Positions 56,978 through 64,000 of a stretch of 64,000 nucleotides of DNA are shown in pieces. How positions within the stretch are numbered: the first letter of the stretch is position 1; every line of letters starts with the position of its first letter. Both the position numbers and the translations under genes were made by a program. Origin of the DNA: an uncultured Clostridia bacterium (GTDB lineage: Bacteria; Bacillota; Clostridia; Christensenellales; UBA1242). Below the pieces are notes generated by a model that was given only the letters and a program-made list of their open reading frames with translations, searched no databases and was not told where the DNA came from. The DNA is taken from the NCBI GenBank assembly GCA_930990515.1, contig CAKNPS010000001.1, positions 295,280 through 359,279 on the forward strand. The letters are read 5' to 3'.

Positions 56978-57296
56978 GCATTTTGTAAAACATTTTTGTT
57001 AATTTGTCAAACATTTTAGAATATAAACTATGTGATGTTAAAATTTTATTAGCATAAAATTTTAATAAATTCTATCGAATTTGTGTGCTAACGCACACTC
57101 ATCACTTAGTATGTATAAACATCAGCCTCACCCTTGCAAGCAAGTTCGGCTTCCGATAATATAAATTAAATATATAAACTAAACAATAACTTAAACTTAA
57201 AAAACATTTGTTAGTCAATTATTTTCAAACTGATATAAAAATAACTAAAACAATTTATATAATTATTTTTTCTACTAGTTTCAAAGGCTACGAGCC

Positions 57297-57662
57297 TTAT
57301 TTTCTTTTTTTATTTGTCATTTTGTATATTACTCTGTCTAAGCCCACGCCAATTCCGCCTATATCCCACCTTCTTGATGCTGTAGGTATTTTATCTGATA
57401 ATTGTGGCGTTTTTACACTAAACTTTTTCCCACATTCTGGGCAGTTTGAATTGTTGCAAACATACATTGGTGCTCGTCCAGAGCCAACTAGTGCCAAAAT
57501 TGCAGATTCCAAAGTATAACCCACCGCCTGAATTATTGAAGCATCTAATTTAGGGGTTCTTTTTTCTGAGCCTTTCTCTTTACCCACCGCCATCATCTCC
57601 AATGACATAGGATCTCCGCATACTGGACATTTTGGGGCTGCTTTGTCTGATAATTCAACCAT
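57297..57662 (-). CDS. Hypothetical zinc-ribbon protein (two CxxC pairs)
   Basis: Strong SD (AAGGAG). CPVCGDPM and CNNSNCPECG are about 60 aa apart. Visibly more GC-rich than its neighbours. GGCTCGTAGCC hairpin right after the stop. Confidence 0.6.
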   Translation of the reverse strand: MVELSDKAAPKCPVCGDPMSLEMMAVGKEKGSEKRTPKLDASIIQAVGYTLESAILALVGSGRAPMYVCNNSNCPECGKKFSVKTPQLSDKIPTASRRWDIGGIGVGLDRVIYKMTNKKRK

Positions 57663-57787
57663 ATTTTCTCCTTTATATTAGTATAACTCAAAACGAATAT
57701 AATAGTCAAATTTTTATAATAAGAGTTTAAACATTAATCTAGAATATCAAAAAAACTTAACATTTAAGTTAAAAACTAATCATAAAA

Positions 57788-61868
<4,081 letters not shown>

Positions 61869-61959
61869 AAAAGCATTTTAACACACCTTAAAATTTTTTC
61901 CAAATAAAACTATAAAATAAGTAAAAAAAGACTCTTAAAAGAGCCTTATTAAAATCAAA

Positions 61960-62631
61960 TTATATCATATAAGAATGTTCATTAATCTTTTTTAAACTTT
62001 CATCAGCATTTTCTGAAACAGCAAGAATTGAGAATAGTTCACTTCTGTTAAGATTTCCAGATTTTTTAACTGCTGGTTGCAATTCCTTTGGTAAATTATT
62101 TTTGTTAATAACTCCCCCACCAAACATAACTTCTTTTGCCCCAGCATTATAAAGAGTCACATTAACTTCTTTTTTGTCTGATGGTATAACTGGACCTAAT
62201 GGAGCCATAGTTGAAGTGGATTCAATCATAATTTTCCCACTTTCTGTTGCGAAACAATTAATTTTAAAAATATGTCTCATTTGACGAATTTCAAAACCTG
62301 GAAATTCTATTCTTCCTGATATTCCACCATAATGCATTTTCAAATCACCATTCCAAGGATAAGTGAACAAAAGCTCGCCATCTTCATTATAGAATTGAGT
62401 TTTAAAAAGTGGATTAGCATTTTCTGCAACATAAGCATAAACTTTCTTATACGCACCAACCTTACTTATACAAGCAAGTTTACCTTCTTGAATTTGTTTA
62501 ACCACTTCATCTTGCGACAAAATAGAACTTTCTCTTTCTTTTGCTAAACTTTTAATGTCATCAGCCTTGTGAATTGTATTAGCACTTTCATAAACATCTG
62601 CATCAATTTTAAAAGTTGTATGAAATTTCAT
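61960..62631 (-). CDS. Hypothetical protein (223 aa), no family recognised
   Basis: Strong SD (AGGAGG) before ATG 62631. Soluble. Lies between rpsU and pcrA. Confidence 0.6.
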   Translation of the reverse strand: MKFHTTFKIDADVYESANTIHKADDIKSLAKERESSILSQDEVVKQIQEGKLACISKVGAYKKVYAYVAENANPLFKTQFYNEDGELLFTYPWNGDLKMHYGGISGRIEFPGFEIRQMRHIFKINCFATESGKIMIESTSTMAPLGPVIPSDKKEVNVTLYNAGAKEVMFGGGVINKNNLPKELQPAVKKSGNLNRSELFSILAVSENADESLKKINEHSYMI

Positions 62632-62698
62632 ATTTCCTCCTAAGGTTTATTACGAATAAATTGTAACATATATAAAACTTAATGTCAACATAATAGAA

Positions 62699-62730
62699 TA
62701 AAAAAAGAAAGAGATTAACCTCTCTTTCTT
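62699..62730 (-). terminator. Terminator overlapping the rpsU stop
   Basis: Minus sense AAGAAAGAGA-GGTTAA-TCTCTTTCTT followed by TTTTTT. The stop codon lies in the loop. Confidence 0.8.
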
Positions 62731-62897
62731 GCTCTTTTTCTTGCTGCTTCACTCTTTTTCTTTTTCTTAACGCTTGGCTTTTCATAAGCTTCTTTCTTTC
62801 TTATATCACCAATAATGCCATCTTTTTGGCATTTTCTTTTAAATCTTTTAAGTGCGCTTTCAAGAGATTCGTTTTCGCCAACCTTGACAGTAGTCAA
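62715..62897 (-). CDS. rpsU: 30S ribosomal protein S21 (probable TTG start)
   Basis: ..[49 protein letters not shown] lies 5 nt before TTG 62897. The track ORF begins 4 codons earlier at GTG 62909. Confidence 0.9.
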   Translation of the reverse strand: MTTVKVGENESLESALKRFKRKCQKDGIIGDIRKKEAYEKPSVKKKKKSEAARKRARKRG

Positions 62898-62980
62898 CCT
62901 TCTCACCACCTTTCATTTCTAAATTTCCCTAATATTATAATTATATTCACGAACTTTGTCAAGTATTATGATAAAATTTT

Positions 62981-64000
62981 TCAAATCTTCTCACATAGCG
63001 TAGATTCTAAACCTGATTCAATAATTTTGGCCTGAACAATTTCGCCAACTTTGAAGTTCCCCTTTAACACGCATCTTATGTAGTTTTTGCTATAACCATA
63101 AAATACCCCGTTCTTTTCTTCTTCAATTAAAATTTCAACAATATCATTCTTCTTTATGAAATTTAATTTGTCTTTTTTCTTTATTTCTTCCAAAACCTTC
63201 ACTCGTTCATTCTTGACAGATTTTGGCAAGTCTTTATAAATTTTTGAAGCAACTGTTCCTTCTCTTTTGGAGTATGGGAAAATATGTAAATCAGAAAAAT
63301 TCACTTTTTTAATAAACTCGCAAGACTTTTCAAAATCTTCTTCCGTTTCAGTTGGAAAACCTGCAATAACATCAGTGGTTATTCCTGCGTTTTTGAAATA
63401 TTTGCGAATCAAATTTACCGAGTTCATAAAATCGATTGTGGTATATTTTCTGTTCATTTTCTTTAAAACTTCATCACTTCCACTTTGAAGCGATAAATGA
63501 AAATGTGGACAAAAATTTTTGAGTTTTGAAAGTCTTACCACAAAATCTTCATCAATCAAATTGTCTTCCATTGATGACAAACGAAGTCTTTTACCATAGC
63601 AATCTAACCTTTCAAGCAAATCAATTAAGGCTCGCTTTCCATTTTGCTTATAGTCAGAAACATCAATTCCAACAAGCACAATTTCTTTGACATCTTGTGG
63701 CAGTTTTTCCACTTCACTTATAACACTTTCCATTGAACGCGAGCGACTTCTTCCACGAAGATAAGGAATGATGCAATATGTGCAAAAATTGTTGCAACCA
63801 TCTTGAATTTTAATAAATGCACGAGTGAGCGTTTGTGCACTATATAAATCGTCTTCATACACATCTGGCAAATTATAAATCTTGTTCCCAATTTCTTGAA
63901 AATGGCTGATAATTTCCAGTTTATTCGCCACACCTTGAACAAAATTTACTTTTTCGCCAAATTGAAGTGGTCGATTTTGACTTGCGCAACCCATAATAAA
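62981..64000 (-). CDS. mtaB: tRNA threonylcarbamoyladenosine methylthiotransferase MtaB-like radical SAM enzyme; 5' end off-window
   Basis: CNNFCTYC radical-SAM cluster motif and C-terminal TRAM-like domain. The frame is open to the window edge (..FIMGCASQ), so the N-terminal MTTase domain is truncated. Confidence 0.8.
   Translation of the reverse strand, partial: FIMGCASQNRPLQFGEKVNFVQGVANKLEIISHFQEIGNKIYNLPDVYEDDLYSAQTLTRAFIKIQDGCNNFCTYCIIPYLRGRSRSRSMESVISEVEKLPQDVKEIVLVGIDVSDYKQNGKRALIDLLERLDCYGKRLRLSSMEDNLIDEDFVVRLSKLKNFCPHFHLSLQSGSDEVLKKMNRKYTTIDFMNSVNLIRKYFKNAGITTDVIAGFPTETEEDFEKSCEFIKKVNFSDLHIFPYSKREGTVASKIYKDLPKSVKNERVKVLEEIKKKDKLNFIKKNDIVEILIEEEKNGVFYGYSKNYIRCVLKGNFKVGEIVQAKIIESGLESTLCEKI

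Noticed and set aside
56807-57019. 70-aa plus-strand ORF from the track
   Set aside because: It is antisense to the promoter/terminator-bounded structured RNA, has no SD, and has no recognisable protein features.
57208-57519. 103-aa plus-strand ORF
   Set aside because: It is antisense to the SD-preceded zinc-ribbon gene, begins in AT-rich spacer without an SD, and has a low-complexity hydrophobic N-terminus typical of spurious AT-rich frames.

Overview
Low-GC (about 30% by eye) Bacillota chromosomal core segment, Clostridia-like and apparently spore-forming. It reads cleanly with the standard bacterial code: TGA is used as a stop, Trp is TGG, and tRNA-Trp has anticodon CCA. There are about 60 protein genes, most on the minus strand, plus tRNA-Lys(CUU) and tRNA-Trp(CCA). 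I saw no rRNA, CRISPR array, transposase, integrase or prophage.

Recognisable content, left to right:
- gyrB/parE 5' part, murG, an S8 protease
- hpf, then (mcsA-like)-mcsB-clpC directly behind tex
- dinB, secDF, glmS, rsmD, alr
- a small accessory islet at tRNA-Lys (RHH protein, GNAT, NUDIX, hsp20, a nuclease-like orphan)
- trpS, an M1 peptidase, Bacillus-type dnaB plus dnaI
- yqfC-yqfD-ybeY-era, floA, three large lipoproteins, ogg
- rplU-prp-rpmA, rluD, lspA, sepF
- the str operon (rpsL-rpsG-fusA-tuf), ligA-pcrA, rpsU, mtaB (5' end off-window)

I found no clear multi-gene novel system. The most unusual signals are:
1. A promoter-to-terminator delimited, GC-enriched, roughly 215-nt structured RNA just upstream of rpsL that I cannot assign to a family.
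2. Two G9 homopolymer tracts, one inside a surface lipoprotein gene and one inside an acyltransferase-3 gene. These are candidate phase-variation switches.
3. A roughly 97-bp tandem repeat with embedded palindromes in the 3' region of the surface protein gene.
4. TTTGTCGAATT (Spo0A-box) motifs confined to three intergenic regions, one of them a 10-bp-spaced tandem pair.
5. A frameshifted minimal mcsA, a gene with an in-frame TAA, a small ORF wedged between rpsG and fusA, and a degenerate tRNA-Lys copy inside a hairpin-rich leader.

All calls come from reading the sequence and recalled family motifs. No database search or folding program was run.
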